The notes: a model not told the origin generated them from the sequence alone. Positions 19,988 to 29,659 are shown, numbered from the stretch's first letter. The stretch: 64,000 nucleotides of DNA from an uncultured bacterium (GCA_964612675.1 CAZTDD010000015.1:6300-70299); one strand, 5' to 3'. Program-made: numbers and translations.

Positions 19988-20080
19988 AAAGCTAACGGTA
20001 AGGCTTTCGAAAACTTGAGTTTATCCAGGTGATCGCAATTTGCGATCACCTTGTCAGTTTTTCATCATAAGATCCCAACG
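19988..20080. repeat. direct repeat copy 2 with embedded 23-bp palindrome
   Basis: Second copy of the 19706-19762 unit. It contains the perfect palindrome ggtgatcgcaa-t-ttgcgatcacc at 20028-20050. Confidence 0.7.
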
Positions 20081-20141
20081 GCGCAGATTCTCAAGTTACG
20101 CCCGGTTCAATTGAAACAGAGTATACCACCTTCATTTGGCA

Positions 20142-22052
20142 TCAGCCCCCGCTCTTCCGCCACACCTCGATCCCGGAGAAATTGGCTGCGCCGCCGTGGC
20201 TGGTAATTTGAATTGAACCGTCCGTGATTTTCGTGATCCACGGCCCGAGTCGATGCCATTCGCCCTGAACGCCGCTGTAATGTCGTTCCGCGACGCGATC
20301 TTCCAGTCGAATCGTAAACTGTTCTGGATTATTGTCTTCCCATACATAAACATAAACCGCGTATTCGCCGTCCGGGACCTGGGTCATCGTGAGTTTCGCC
20401 CTGCCGTTCCAGCGGAACGAATGAATCATTTTGGCGCGGGCTTTGTTTGTCGGCGGATGAAGCTCTACATTTCGCGTTACAAGCGGCTGGTCGTCACACT
20501 GGAAATTCGGCGCATCGTCGCCTTCCCATTGATTGCCGTCGATCTTGATAGGGGAGCCGTTGAGATTAATGCCTCGATAAAATTCCCACTTCCCGGTTTC
20601 CGCAGGCGGTCCTGAAAGTTTTTTGATCGGAGTTTTCAGATAGATCGGATCGCCGTCGGCACCCTGGGGCACTTTTTGCGGTTCGCCGCTGACGTTGAGG
20701 ATTACGCGACGATAGGCGCTCAACGGCGGGTCGCCATCGTCCGTAACTTTGAGAATGACGTGTATGGTTCTTCCCGACGCTTTGTTTGGCACAAGGACAA
20801 CAGCATCTGCTGTGTTTCCGCCGCGAATGGTGGGCTCTTCCCAGTAGCTCCCAGCATCCTCATATGTCCACCAGGAATAGGAGAGTTTGTTCCCGTCGGG
20901 ATCGGATGTGCCTGCCGCGCTGAGCCGAATCTCCTCTTCGGGGTCGGCGGAAATCTCGATGATGTGTTTCGTTCGATCACCGTTACAAATGACAACGGGG
21001 TTGTGGTTGCATTTATCATAGGGTTTTACACACCAATCGGCGCGTGCCGCCCAGTCGTTCTGAAAATCATCGGCCCAGCGTAAAATGGATTTGTAAATAT
21101 CGCGGTCGTCCGGTGCGGAGCGCCAGCGATTATCCCTTCGCATGAATCGTCCGCCCCAACCTCCATAACTCGGATGGACTTCACTGCCGAGCCCGACGTC
21201 GATCAAATGCATGAAGGCGGGTGAATCGCCCTCGGAACGGAATCGTCCATCCCCGTGCGCCTCATACATCGCACACAACGGTCCATGATTCTTTAAGATA
21301 TTTTTCTTCATCCATTCTGAGTCAAAATACTCCTGTTGTTCTTCGGTCATAATATCCTGCCACCTGTAGGCGATTGCACCGAAGGCGTTGCTTTGAATCA
21401 GCAAAATATCCGGCCACTTTTTCAGGATATAGTCGTTGCAGGTATCGTCCTGATTGGCGATAAGAAACAGTTTTGCTTTTTTTGTCACTTCAGCGACACG
21501 GTCTGGGTGTTTTTCCTCAATTGTTTTCAGTGCCCGGGCGATGGTGTTCGCGCCGCCCCACGCCTGTAGCCAAACCGGCGATGGATCGGGATCGAGTAAC
21601 ACCTCGACGATACGCTGAGAACCGGGCGTCGTTTTCTCCATCTCTCCTACATACCCGATATTGCCGATAAACACCTGCTTTCGAAGATACTCAGGTGTCG
21701 GAAAATCGGCGTGTTCTTTGAGATTGGGATACACTTTGGCATAGTTGTCGATCTGTTTGTCCAACCATGAAACGTGGTGCCAGTTGTGTTCTTTATGATT
21801 CTCGTCGCCTTTCCAGTGGTATTTCGAGCTGGAGTGGATCAGCCCCTCGATATCCCACTCGTTGGCATACATCAGAAACCGAATCATGGAACAGCGGTCG
21901 TCGATTTCACCGTCGGTCGTCGCGATTACCCGTGTTTTTTCGCTCCCCTGTGCATGCGTTTGAAAGCAAACCAAAAAACAAAGCAGACAAACGATCGCTG
22001 GAACTGTATAAAGTCGAATTGAGAAAAAAGGTGTTGGGTTACAAATATTCAT
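20142..22052 (-). CDS. secreted DUF1593-like (nucleoside-hydrolase-like fold) protein with C-terminal beta-sandwich / carbohydrate-binding-like region
   Basis: Signal MNICNPTPFFSIRLYTVPAIVCLLCFLVCFQTHAQG. N-terminal TTDGEIDDRCSMIRFLMYANEWDIEGLI resembles the DUF1593 / IU-nucleoside-hydrolase-like Asp cluster. The six-frame ORF extends to 22172. Confidence 0.5.
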   Translation of the reverse strand: MNICNPTPFFSIRLYTVPAIVCLLCFLVCFQTHAQGSEKTRVIATTDGEIDDRCSMIRFLMYANEWDIEGLIHSSSKYHWKGDENHKEHNWHHVSWLDKQIDNYAKVYPNLKEHADFPTPEYLRKQVFIGNIGYVGEMEKTTPGSQRIVEVLLDPDPSPVWLQAWGGANTIARALKTIEEKHPDRVAEVTKKAKLFLIANQDDTCNDYILKKWPDILLIQSNAFGAIAYRWQDIMTEEQQEYFDSEWMKKNILKNHGPLCAMYEAHGDGRFRSEGDSPAFMHLIDVGLGSEVHPSYGGWGGRFMRRDNRWRSAPDDRDIYKSILRWADDFQNDWAARADWCVKPYDKCNHNPVVICNGDRTKHIIEISADPEEEIRLSAAGTSDPDGNKLSYSWWTYEDAGSYWEEPTIRGGNTADAVVLVPNKASGRTIHVILKVTDDGDPPLSAYRRVILNVSGEPQKVPQGADGDPIYLKTPIKKLSGPPAETGKWEFYRGINLNGSPIKIDGNQWEGDDAPNFQCDDQPLVTRNVELHPPTNKARAKMIHSFRWNGRAKLTMTQVPDGEYAVYVYVWEDNNPEQFTIRLEDRVAERHYSGVQGEWHRLGPWITKITDGSIQITSHGGAANFSGIEVWRKSGG

Positions 22053-22370
22053 TCGTGTGGTACTCCTTCCAGAGGATTCATTCTTTCCGAACAAGTAGAT
22101 AATCGTTTCTCGCTGCCTGTCAACCCAGGCTACCATATATGTAGTGAATGCACTTGCTCTGATTCCTCGCATTGACCTGTCGCAGGATGGAGAGTATTGT
22201 CTGTATGATCTATATCATTGAGCGGTAGATCCCGGACAGCATTATTGGGGCAACCAGGGCTCTTCGAAACTGAGCCCCGCCCGCTATCCTGGAGAGACTC
22301 GGAGTTATTCACCGCTTTGCGCAATCTGCGTGTTCCGAAAAACGATCAGGCGGAGTGTATAACGAATCAA

Positions 22371-23798
22371 ATGAACCAGGATTCAACAAATCACGTTAGT
22401 TGGTGGCAGCCGGTGCTTTTCGCAGCGATGGCAGGCGGAATGGCCTGGGGGATCCGCGGCCAATACGGTCATGAGACCGGCGCCATGATCGCCGGTCTTC
22501 TTGTCAGTCTCACGTTGGCGTTCCTTCTCTGTCCAAGGGCGTCCCTGCTTAACGTTGCGCGTGCGGTCGCCCTGGGTACTGTGGCCATGGGCGTTGGCGG
22601 TTCGATGACCTACGGACAGACCGTCGGACTGACGCATGACGCGCCTCTGGTCGGCAATTGGGCGGCGCTCGGTTGGGGCATGTTCGGCCTGTCAATTAAG
22701 GGAGCGATCTGGATCGGTTTCGCAGGACTTTTCCTTGGAATCGGACTGGGAGGAATTCGTTATCGACCGCGTCACCTGCTACTGATCATGTTGGCGGCGC
22801 TGGTGGCGTATTTTATTGGTGTCTTCCTGTTGAACTCGCCTTTCGATCCTGCAAATAAGCGTCTTCCCATGATCTATTTCTCGGATCATTGGCATTGGGA
22901 ACCCGACTCGACTTTGAAACCGCGTTTCGAGTGTTGGGGCGGTCTTTTGTTCGCCTGGGCAACGATTTTCGTTTATGCGGGATGGATACGCAACGATCGG
23001 TTGGCGCGACGGCTTGCGTTGTGGGGTGTTCTAGGCGGCGCGCTGGGGTTTCCACTCGGACAAAGTCTACAAGCGTATCATGCGTGGAATGTGGAATCCT
23101 TTCGTCAAGGTTTTTGGGCGCAGCTCGATCCGCATATGAACTGGTGGAATATGATGGAAACGACGTATGGCGCTGTCATGGGCGCTATGCTGGGGCTGGG
23201 GCTTTGGCTGAACCGAAGGTTGATCAAGCCGGATGTCGATCCGGGGACGGTCTATTTGCCCTCCATTGCCGAGTGGATTTTACTGGTTATTCATCTTGCC
23301 TTGTTGATTGCGGTTGAATTTATGTCTCTCCGTGCCGTGGATGCAGTTTACGATCTTGGGCTCATTATGATCATTATTCCGGTTGTGGCTGTGGCGGGCG
23401 GACGATGGTGGCCGTACCTCGTTGTGTTTCCGATTACTCTGCTGCCAATCGCGGGGAAAACCGTGAGGCAGCTGGTGTATAACGAAGGGGCGATACAACC
23501 GGTCATTGGTTGGATTATTTATCTGATTATCCCGATGTTTGTTTGGACAATTGTCGCTGTCTGGTTCGCGCGTCAGCCGCGTGCACGCCAAACGGAAGGC
23601 GATTTTGCCCGCACCGCACTACTGCTGAATGTGTGGATGTATTTTCTGTTGAATTATGCCTTTTTCCGTTTTCCATGGCCGTGGGCCGAGTGGACGAGCA
23701 GGACGCCTAACGGGATTATTTTCACGATTTGTGCATTGGGTCTTACTGCGGCTGCGTTTGTCGGAGGGCGCTTTGCAGGAAATACCTCTTCGCAATAA
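22371..23798 (+). CDS. polytopic integral membrane protein (hypothetical)
   Basis: About 475 aa with at least ten hydrophobic helices, many Trp/Gly residues (WGIRGQYGHETGAMIAGLL...) and no recognisable family motif. Start chosen at MNQDSTN. Confidence 0.5.
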   Translation: MNQDSTNHVSWWQPVLFAAMAGGMAWGIRGQYGHETGAMIAGLLVSLTLAFLLCPRASLLNVARAVALGTVAMGVGGSMTYGQTVGLTHDAPLVGNWAALGWGMFGLSIKGAIWIGFAGLFLGIGLGGIRYRPRHLLLIMLAALVAYFIGVFLLNSPFDPANKRLPMIYFSDHWHWEPDSTLKPRFECWGGLLFAWATIFVYAGWIRNDRLARRLALWGVLGGALGFPLGQSLQAYHAWNVESFRQGFWAQLDPHMNWWNMMETTYGAVMGAMLGLGLWLNRRLIKPDVDPGTVYLPSIAEWILLVIHLALLIAVEFMSLRAVDAVYDLGLIMIIIPVVAVAGGRWWPYLVVFPITLLPIAGKTVRQLVYNEGAIQPVIGWIIYLIIPMFVWTIVAVWFARQPRARQTEGDFARTALLLNVWMYFLLNYAFFRFPWPWAEWTSRTPNGIIFTICALGLTAAAFVGGRFAGNTSSQ

Positions 23799-23869
23799 CG
23801 TCATTTGTATTTCAACCGGCAATCACGCATGAGTTGTTCAGATTTATTTACGAAAAGGGGTGAAACACG

Positions 23870-25069
23870 ATGACCGAGACAAACAGGATCGACCGCCGCT
23901 CATTTCTACGAGAGAGTCTGGTTGTAGGTGAAATCGCCGGACTGTCTTTGATGAATAGAACGGGGGTATCGGCCGATAATCGACCTTTCATTATTGATAA
24001 ACCCAGCGATGGCGGGTGTTACAAGATTGGTATTCTTGGGTGCGGGAATCGCAGCAAAGCTCACTTGTCTGCATTCAATGCGGTTCCGGAAATTGAAGTG
24101 GCCGCACTGTGTGACATTGTTCCTCATAAGATGGACCGGCTTGAGCCTCGGATACCCAGAGGAGGAAAACCAAGAAAATATACTGATTTAGAAGAAATGA
24201 TGCAGCAGGAAGACCTTCGTGCTGTGGCGGTGCTTCTTCCGAATTATTTACACAAAATGGGGGTCATCGCGGCCCTTGAGGCGGGCAAGCATGTGTTCTG
24301 TGAAAAACCGCTGGCTCTTACCGTGCGCGACTGCAACGAGATGATCGCAACCGCGGAACGCACACGCCGGGCGATTCAAATCGGTACACAGAGACGTCAC
24401 AGCGCGGATATGAAGACCGCTGTTGATACTATTCGCGGTGCTTCCGTTGGAAAGATTCTGTCGTCGGATATCAATTCGTATCGTCAAGACTGGCGCGTCC
24501 CGGAGCCGGATGAATATCCCGATGGCGTTGAGTATTGGCGTTTGGACCAAGACAAATGCGGCGGTGTCGTCTATGAAATGGGGGCTCATATTATTGATTT
24601 GAATAATTGGATTGTTGACAGCGAACCGCTGACTGTAGCCAGTCTTCAAAATGTCAATAATCTGTCACTGCGCTCGCGCGACTCGACGGACCATGGTGGT
24701 GTGCTTGTACGTTATGCAAATGATGCGTTTACGAATTACGGGGGCAATCTGTATACATACGGTCCCAGCGGATCGAATTATTTTTTTGCTGTAAATGGAA
24801 CAATCGAGCTCACAGGAGGACATGTGTCGATTCACTACGGCCGTCCGCGAGGCTTCGCGGCGCAGGGCGAGTTACCGAAACCTATCAAGAAGGATCTCCC
24901 TCGGGCTGACGGGACAGTTGAACAATGGAAGCACTTTGTGAAAGTGCTCGCGGGAGAAGCCGATCCGTATCCGGACGGCTATATCGGCAGGCAAACCGTC
25001 CAGATTTGCCAGGGTTCGGTTGTGTCCGCACGAGAGAAGACGATTGTAGATGTGCGGGAATTGGGATAA
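23870..25069 (+). CDS. Gfo/Idh/MocA-family NAD-binding oxidoreductase with TAT signal
   Basis: RRSFLRESLVVGEIAGLSL twin-arginine signal, Rossmann motif IGILGCGNRSKAH, and the EKP motif (VFCEKPLALT) typical of the family. GGGG RBS upstream. Confidence 0.8.
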   Translation: MTETNRIDRRSFLRESLVVGEIAGLSLMNRTGVSADNRPFIIDKPSDGGCYKIGILGCGNRSKAHLSAFNAVPEIEVAALCDIVPHKMDRLEPRIPRGGKPRKYTDLEEMMQQEDLRAVAVLLPNYLHKMGVIAALEAGKHVFCEKPLALTVRDCNEMIATAERTRRAIQIGTQRRHSADMKTAVDTIRGASVGKILSSDINSYRQDWRVPEPDEYPDGVEYWRLDQDKCGGVVYEMGAHIIDLNNWIVDSEPLTVASLQNVNNLSLRSRDSTDHGGVLVRYANDAFTNYGGNLYTYGPSGSNYFFAVNGTIELTGGHVSIHYGRPRGFAAQGELPKPIKKDLPRADGTVEQWKHFVKVLAGEADPYPDGYIGRQTVQICQGSVVSAREKTIVDVRELG

Positions 25070-25137
25070 TGGCTGGACGACGTAGAGTTGAGTCCGCGAA
25101 TGCGAACCGAAGCAATAAGATGCGAGTGCGATAGAGA

Positions 25138-25205
25138 ACCTTCTCCCCCAAGAGGGACACGCTTGCGTGGCCGCAGTAAGGGGAGATACAGAGGGGGTTG
25201 AATTA
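25138..25205. repeat. REP-like interspersed repeat unit
   Basis: accttctcccccaagagggacacgcttgcgtggccgcagtaaggggagatacagagggggttgaatt is a near-identical copy of the units at 19879-19947 and 29895-29962. Confidence 0.8.
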
Positions 25206-25319
25206 ACAAGACTTATATTCAAGACCAAACTCCCACCGAATAACTGTGTCATTTTGTCATAGGAGAATTCTCTTACGAAAATCGGGAGATTTTCCCGGTC
25301 ATTTTGTGACTTTCCCCTA

Positions 25320-25350
25320 TTGACATTTTCTCCCCACCCTCGCGTATAAT
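25320..25350 (+). promoter_or_regulatory. candidate sigma-70 promoter (TTGACA ... TATAAT) upstream of the LamG gene
   Basis: Perfect -35 TTGACA at 25320-25325 and perfect -10 TATAAT at 25345-25350, but the spacer is 19 nt, which is longer than optimal. It lies 85 bp upstream of the ATG at 25435. Confidence 0.35.
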
Positions 25351-25434
25351 GAACCCGCGTAGACGCGGGCAGAAACGTGTTCGTCATAGTAATCAGAAAG
25401 CCGTTATACATATTGAAGAAAAGGAGAACGCCAA

Positions 25435-26805
25435 ATGCGCGTAGCGGTGGGGATTTTCGTGGCAGTTTTCGCGATTACAGGTTCGGTTTCGGGACAGGAT
25501 ATGGAGGGCCTCGTAGCCTACTACAAGTTCGACGGCGACGGGACGGACAGCAGCGGTAATGGACGGGATGGAACAGTTCACGGGGCCGTTACGTCTGACG
25601 GGATACTTGGCGGATGTTACGAATTTGATGGGGTCGATGACTACATTCAGCTGCGTGTGCCGTTTGCGGGAAACCAACCAACGTTCACGGTCGAGCTATG
25701 GCTTCAACCCGATACTCAGGAACATTCGGATACGTATCCTTTCGCTGTCGTCAACGAAGGCATTTATTCAACCGGTATTCACACCAACAACGGCCGCATC
25801 AAGTATTACTTTTCCACTCCGGAAAAAGACCAAGTCGCCTTAGCGATGCCGCGATCTTTTGAGACGGGTCGATGGTATCATGTCGCAATTGTCGCCAACG
25901 GGCACGCGGTCAAGGCCTACGCCGACGGCATTGACATTGGAACAACCGAGCTAGGGGAAACAACGTTCAACTGGACAGAACCGTCTGATGCTTTCGTCAT
26001 CATCGGAACCGCATTTTCCCGGAAAACGGGGGAAAGCGTGCCGAGCCATTGCTACAAAGGCAAGATCGATGAGCTGAAGATATGGGACTGTGCCAGATCT
26101 CAAGATCAGATCCAGGAGTCCATATACGAAAGCATGGGTCTCGCAACGTACTACAAGTTCGATGGCGATGCGACGGACAGCAGCGGCAATGGACGGGATG
26201 GGACAGTCTACGGAGCCGCCGTTACATCCGAGGGGGTACTCGGGGCATGTTGTGAATTCGATGGAATCGATGATTATGTAAAACTGCCGGTACCATTCCA
26301 GGGAGACCACCCGACGTTCACGGTCGAAATGTGGCTTCAGCCGGATACCCAGGGTTATTCGGACACGTATCCTTTCTCTGTCGCTAACGGGGGCATATAT
26401 TCGACCGGAATCCACACCAACGATGGCGAGATCAAGTATTACTTTTCCATTCCGGGAAAGGATCAAGTCGGCTTAGCGATGCCAGGATCTTTTCAACCGG
26501 GTCAATGGTATCACGTCGCAATTGTGGTTGACGGTCACGCGGTCACCGCTTATGCGGATGGTGTTGAGGTCGCAACAACCGACTTGGGGGAAATTACCTT
26601 CAACTGGACAGAACCATCTGATGCTTTCGTCATCCTCGGAACTGCCTTTTCCTGGAGGACAGGAGCAAGTGTGCCGAGCCATTCTTATAAGGGCAAGATC
26701 GACGAGCTCAGAATATACGATCACGCACGGACGCAGACCCAGATTCACAAGTCTATAGACGAAGTTACGAATCCCAGTGCGGTAGAAGAATTTACCCAAT
26801 ACTAA
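25435..26805 (+). CDS. secreted protein with two tandem LamG / concanavalin-A-like lectin domains (Laminin_G_3-like)
   Basis: Signal MRVAVGIFVAVFAITGSVSG. Two roughly 210-aa repeats each carry YYKFDGDxTDSSGNGRDGTV, the CYEFDGVDDYIQL motif, WYHVAIV and YKGKIDEL, which are hallmarks of Laminin_G_3 domains. The repeats are about 80 percent identical at the nucleotide level by eye. Confidence 0.7.
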   Translation: MRVAVGIFVAVFAITGSVSGQDMEGLVAYYKFDGDGTDSSGNGRDGTVHGAVTSDGILGGCYEFDGVDDYIQLRVPFAGNQPTFTVELWLQPDTQEHSDTYPFAVVNEGIYSTGIHTNNGRIKYYFSTPEKDQVALAMPRSFETGRWYHVAIVANGHAVKAYADGIDIGTTELGETTFNWTEPSDAFVIIGTAFSRKTGESVPSHCYKGKIDELKIWDCARSQDQIQESIYESMGLATYYKFDGDATDSSGNGRDGTVYGAAVTSEGVLGACCEFDGIDDYVKLPVPFQGDHPTFTVEMWLQPDTQGYSDTYPFSVANGGIYSTGIHTNDGEIKYYFSIPGKDQVGLAMPGSFQPGQWYHVAIVVDGHAVTAYADGVEVATTDLGEITFNWTEPSDAFVILGTAFSWRTGASVPSHSYKGKIDELRIYDHARTQTQIHKSIDEVTNPSAVEEFTQY

Positions 26806-26839
26806 GAGGTCAAATCAATGAATTTGGAGGATTAAACTC

Positions 26840-27250
26840 ATGCCACCGCTTCAAGTCAAGATGGACGAAGATGAATTGTGGGAAGATTACCACAAGCACA
26901 AAGAATACTTGGAAAAGTGTAAGATACCGAGTGGTATAAGGGTGACCTTTTGGCGACACCCTGAATATCCGCCACAAGTGGAGCCTGGAGACACGGCATA
27001 TATAAGATGGGCTCGGAGGGAGAAATATCAGAAACAATTAAAGGGAAAAAGAATCGTCGCAGAAGTACTTGACGTAGTCAAAACACTCAAAGGCGATGAA
27101 AAAGACGGCCTGCACACAATTGAAGATTGGCTTCGAAGCCAAGGGATTACCAATCCGATAAGATTCCATGACCCCCCGCCTGCGTTGGAACGATGTGCAT
27201 CGGTCATTGTTTTGTATTGCCTGAGGTTGGAGCCAGCCTCTGAGAAATGA
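26840..27250 (+). CDS. hypothetical small protein (136 aa) in an AT-richer islet
   Basis: Strong RBS GGAGGattaaactcATG. No recognisable motif (MPPLQVKMDEDELWEDYHKHKEYLEKCK...). GC is visibly lower than in the flanks. Confidence 0.4.
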   Translation: MPPLQVKMDEDELWEDYHKHKEYLEKCKIPSGIRVTFWRHPEYPPQVEPGDTAYIRWARREKYQKQLKGKRIVAEVLDVVKTLKGDEKDGLHTIEDWLRSQGITNPIRFHDPPPALERCASVIVLYCLRLEPASEK

Positions 27251-27261
27251 CCCCTGCACGG

Positions 27262-27697
27262 CTCGGCGGGAGCCTCGCCCTCCCGGGGCCGGCGGGCAAC
27301 GCCCCTGGAGAGAAATTGTCAGAATCAGGATTGTCAGGATAGAAGGATGGACAGGATAAAAACCCTTTGGAATCCATCCTGAGTATCCTTTCATCCTGGA
27401 CATCCAGATTCAGACAATTCTTCGCCCCGTTGGGGCTTGGGCGATGTTGGCGTGTCGGTTTCCAGGGGCGGGTGCCCCTGGCTGTAATACATGACCCCTT
27501 CGGGGTCAACTGCACCGGCGCTTTTCTGCGTTCCCCAAAAACTGGTTTTAGTTTTTTTCAAAGGGCCTGCTTTCTGACCATGATATGTTCAACAGGCCAA
27601 CTCGACGGCTTGTCTCGGGAGGGCGAACCTCCTGGTGAGCCGTCTTCCTTTTTCCATCGAAACGGCTCGGCGGGAGCCTCGCCCTCCCCGAGAAGGC
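27262..27697. repeat. hairpin-repeat-bounded noncoding segment (gggagggcga family)
   Basis: gctcggcgggagcctcgccctccc at 27264-27287. The region 27612-27692 forms a long imperfect hairpin (gggagggcgaacctcctggtgagccg ... cggctcggcgggagcctcgccctccc). It is the same family as 2368-2467. Internal inverted repeats occur at 27338-27410. Confidence 0.65.
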
Positions 27698-27751
27698 GTG
27701 GTATGAATGGTGCATCCCCTTAAGCAAGGGCGGAAACAAAGGGAGATCATC

Positions 27752-29659
27752 ATGACCACAATCGACCGAAGACGATTCGTTAAGACAGCGGGCTTGACTG
27801 CTGCCGGTGCGGCACTGAGCGGGATGAGGATTCAGGGTGCGGAGAAAAGGACACAACGGCCCAATATTCTCTGGCTGACGGCGGAAGATCTGAGTCCGCA
27901 TCTCGGATGTTACGGAGATTCGTATGCTTACACGCCGAATTTGGATCGAATGGCCGCCCAAGGTGTCCGATACGATAATGCGTACGCGACCGCGCCGGTC
28001 TGTACCCCCGCACGCTCGAGTATCATCACCGGAGTTTACGCCAGCTCGCTCGGAACGCAACACCTGCGCGGTGAGATGCCACTCGCGAAGGATATCCACT
28101 GTTTCACCGAGTATCTGCGTGAATCGGGATATTATTGCAGCAATAATGTCAAAGAAGACTATAATTTCAAGACGCCCGACAATGCGTGGGATGAATCCAG
28201 CAATAAAGCGCACTGGCGGGGACGGAAAGCGGACCAACCGTTTTTCAGCGTGTTTAATTTCATGACCACACACCAAAGCCGTACGCGGTACCCGGCGGAG
28301 GAACTGGAAGAAGTCAACAAAACGCTTAAACCCAAAGAGCGTCACGATCCGGCCAAAGCTCCACTGCCGCCTTATTATCCCGATACACCGGCGGTACGAA
28401 CGAATGTTGCAGTGTTCTACACACAAGTGACTTTACTGGATAAACAGGTAAAGGAATTACTCGATCAGCTGGAGGAAGACGGACTCGCGCAAGATACAAT
28501 CGTGTTTTTCTACGGCGACCACGGCGACGGCCTGCCACGCGGGAAACGCTGGCTCCATGAAAGCGGGATGAAAGTACCTTTTATTATTCGATTCCCGAAG
28601 AAATATCAGCATCTGGCGCCCGGAAAGCCGGGAAGCGCTGTCAAGGAAATGATCAGCTTCGCCGATCTGGCACCAACCATGCTGAGTGTGACAGGAATCG
28701 ATATCCCGAATTATATCCAGGGAAGGGCATTCCTGGGCGAAGCGAAGAAACCGGAACCGGAATATTTGTTCGGCATTCGCGACCGTGTCGATGAAGTCCT
28801 CGAATTGAGTCGTTCCGTCCGAGATAAAAAGTATTTGTATATCCGGAATTTCTATCCCCACCGTGCTCGCATGCAGAGAAGCTTTTATGCGGAAATTACG
28901 CCGATTCGAAAAGAATTGCGCCGGCTCGATCAAGAGGGAGAGTTGTATGGCGATGAAGAATGGCTGATGCAGGACCATGTTCCTCCGGAGGAACTTTACG
29001 ATCTTGAGGCGGACCCGCATCAAATGAACAATCTAATTGATGCGCCTTATTCTTGGAATGTTCCTCAACGGTTCCGAAAAGAATTAATGAATTGGATTAT
29101 TGAAACGAAAGACACTGCGTTTTTGCCCGAGCAGGAAATGATCCGTCGTTCGAAAGGGGGATCGCCATACGATATGGCACGGAAGCCGGGCGTGTATCCA
29201 ATCGAACGGATTCTCGAAGTAGCGGATCGAATCGGACGAGGAAAAAAACATATCGCGGCTTTTCAGGAAGCACTGAAAGATCCGGATTGCGCTGTACGCT
29301 ATTGGGGAGCGAACGGCTTGGCTGCATCGGCGACGTTTAATCGAAACGCTGAACCGGCGATAGCGGATTTGCGTGAAGCGCTAAACGATGAATCCGCCCC
29401 GGTACGCTACGCGGCCGCCGAGGCAATGTGTAAATTGGGTCATGAAGATGAAGCCGTGCCGGTTTTGATCGAGGGGCTGGAAGATGACGATGTGAAGAAC
29501 AATTTGCATGCGTCCATGATTCTGATGGTCATCGGAGAGAAGGCGAAAGCGGCGGTTCCGCAGATGAAAGAGACATTGAAACGTTTAGAAGGACTACCGG
29601 ATCGCGCGTGGTATACGCGGGAGAATCTTCAGTTTATGATTGAGAAGCTGAGCGAATAG
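27752..29659 (+). CDS. TAT-secreted arylsulfatase-family sulfatase with C-terminal HEAT-like repeat domain
   Basis: RRRFVKTAGLTAAGAALSG TAT signal and the formylglycine motif PVCTPARSSIITG (CxPxR). The sulfatase core runs to about aa 450. The C-terminal AVRYWGANGL, PVRYAAAEAMCKLG and VKNNLHASMILMVIG segments look like HEAT/PBS-lyase repeats. RBS GGGAG. The six-frame ORF starts at 27707. Confidence 0.85.
   Translation: MTTIDRRRFVKTAGLTAAGAALSGMRIQGAEKRTQRPNILWLTAEDLSPHLGCYGDSYAYTPNLDRMAAQGVRYDNAYATAPVCTPARSSIITGVYASSLGTQHLRGEMPLAKDIHCFTEYLRESGYYCSNNVKEDYNFKTPDNAWDESSNKAHWRGRKADQPFFSVFNFMTTHQSRTRYPAEELEEVNKTLKPKERHDPAKAPLPPYYPDTPAVRTNVAVFYTQVTLLDKQVKELLDQLEEDGLAQDTIVFFYGDHGDGLPRGKRWLHESGMKVPFIIRFPKKYQHLAPGKPGSAVKEMISFADLAPTMLSVTGIDIPNYIQGRAFLGEAKKPEPEYLFGIRDRVDEVLELSRSVRDKKYLYIRNFYPHRARMQRSFYAEITPIRKELRRLDQEGELYGDEEWLMQDHVPPEELYDLEADPHQMNNLIDAPYSWNVPQRFRKELMNWIIETKDTAFLPEQEMIRRSKGGSPYDMARKPGVYPIERILEVADRIGRGKKHIAAFQEALKDPDCAVRYWGANGLAASATFNRNAEPAIADLREALNDESAPVRYAAAEAMCKLGHEDEAVPVLIEGLEDDDVKNNLHASMILMVIGEKAKAAVPQMKETLKRLEGLPDRAWYTRENLQFMIEKLSE

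Noticed and set aside
19691-20018. ORFs 19691-19942 and 19743-20018, and likewise 6721-6993, 29671-29953, 53125-53367 and 53265-53651
   Set aside because: They are translations of REP modules. The shared peptide EGVEYFSILTPRDFL appears in different loci only because the same DNA repeat is read through.
25500-26760. Diversity-generating retroelement acting on the LamG repeats
   Set aside because: Differences between the repeat copies are not adenine-specific. There is no reverse transcriptase or template repeat in the window. It is interpreted as ordinary tandem domain duplication.
27548-29023. Minus-strand ORFs 27548-28426 and 28457-29023
   Set aside because: They are antisense to the sulfatase gene, which has TAT signal and CxPxR motifs.
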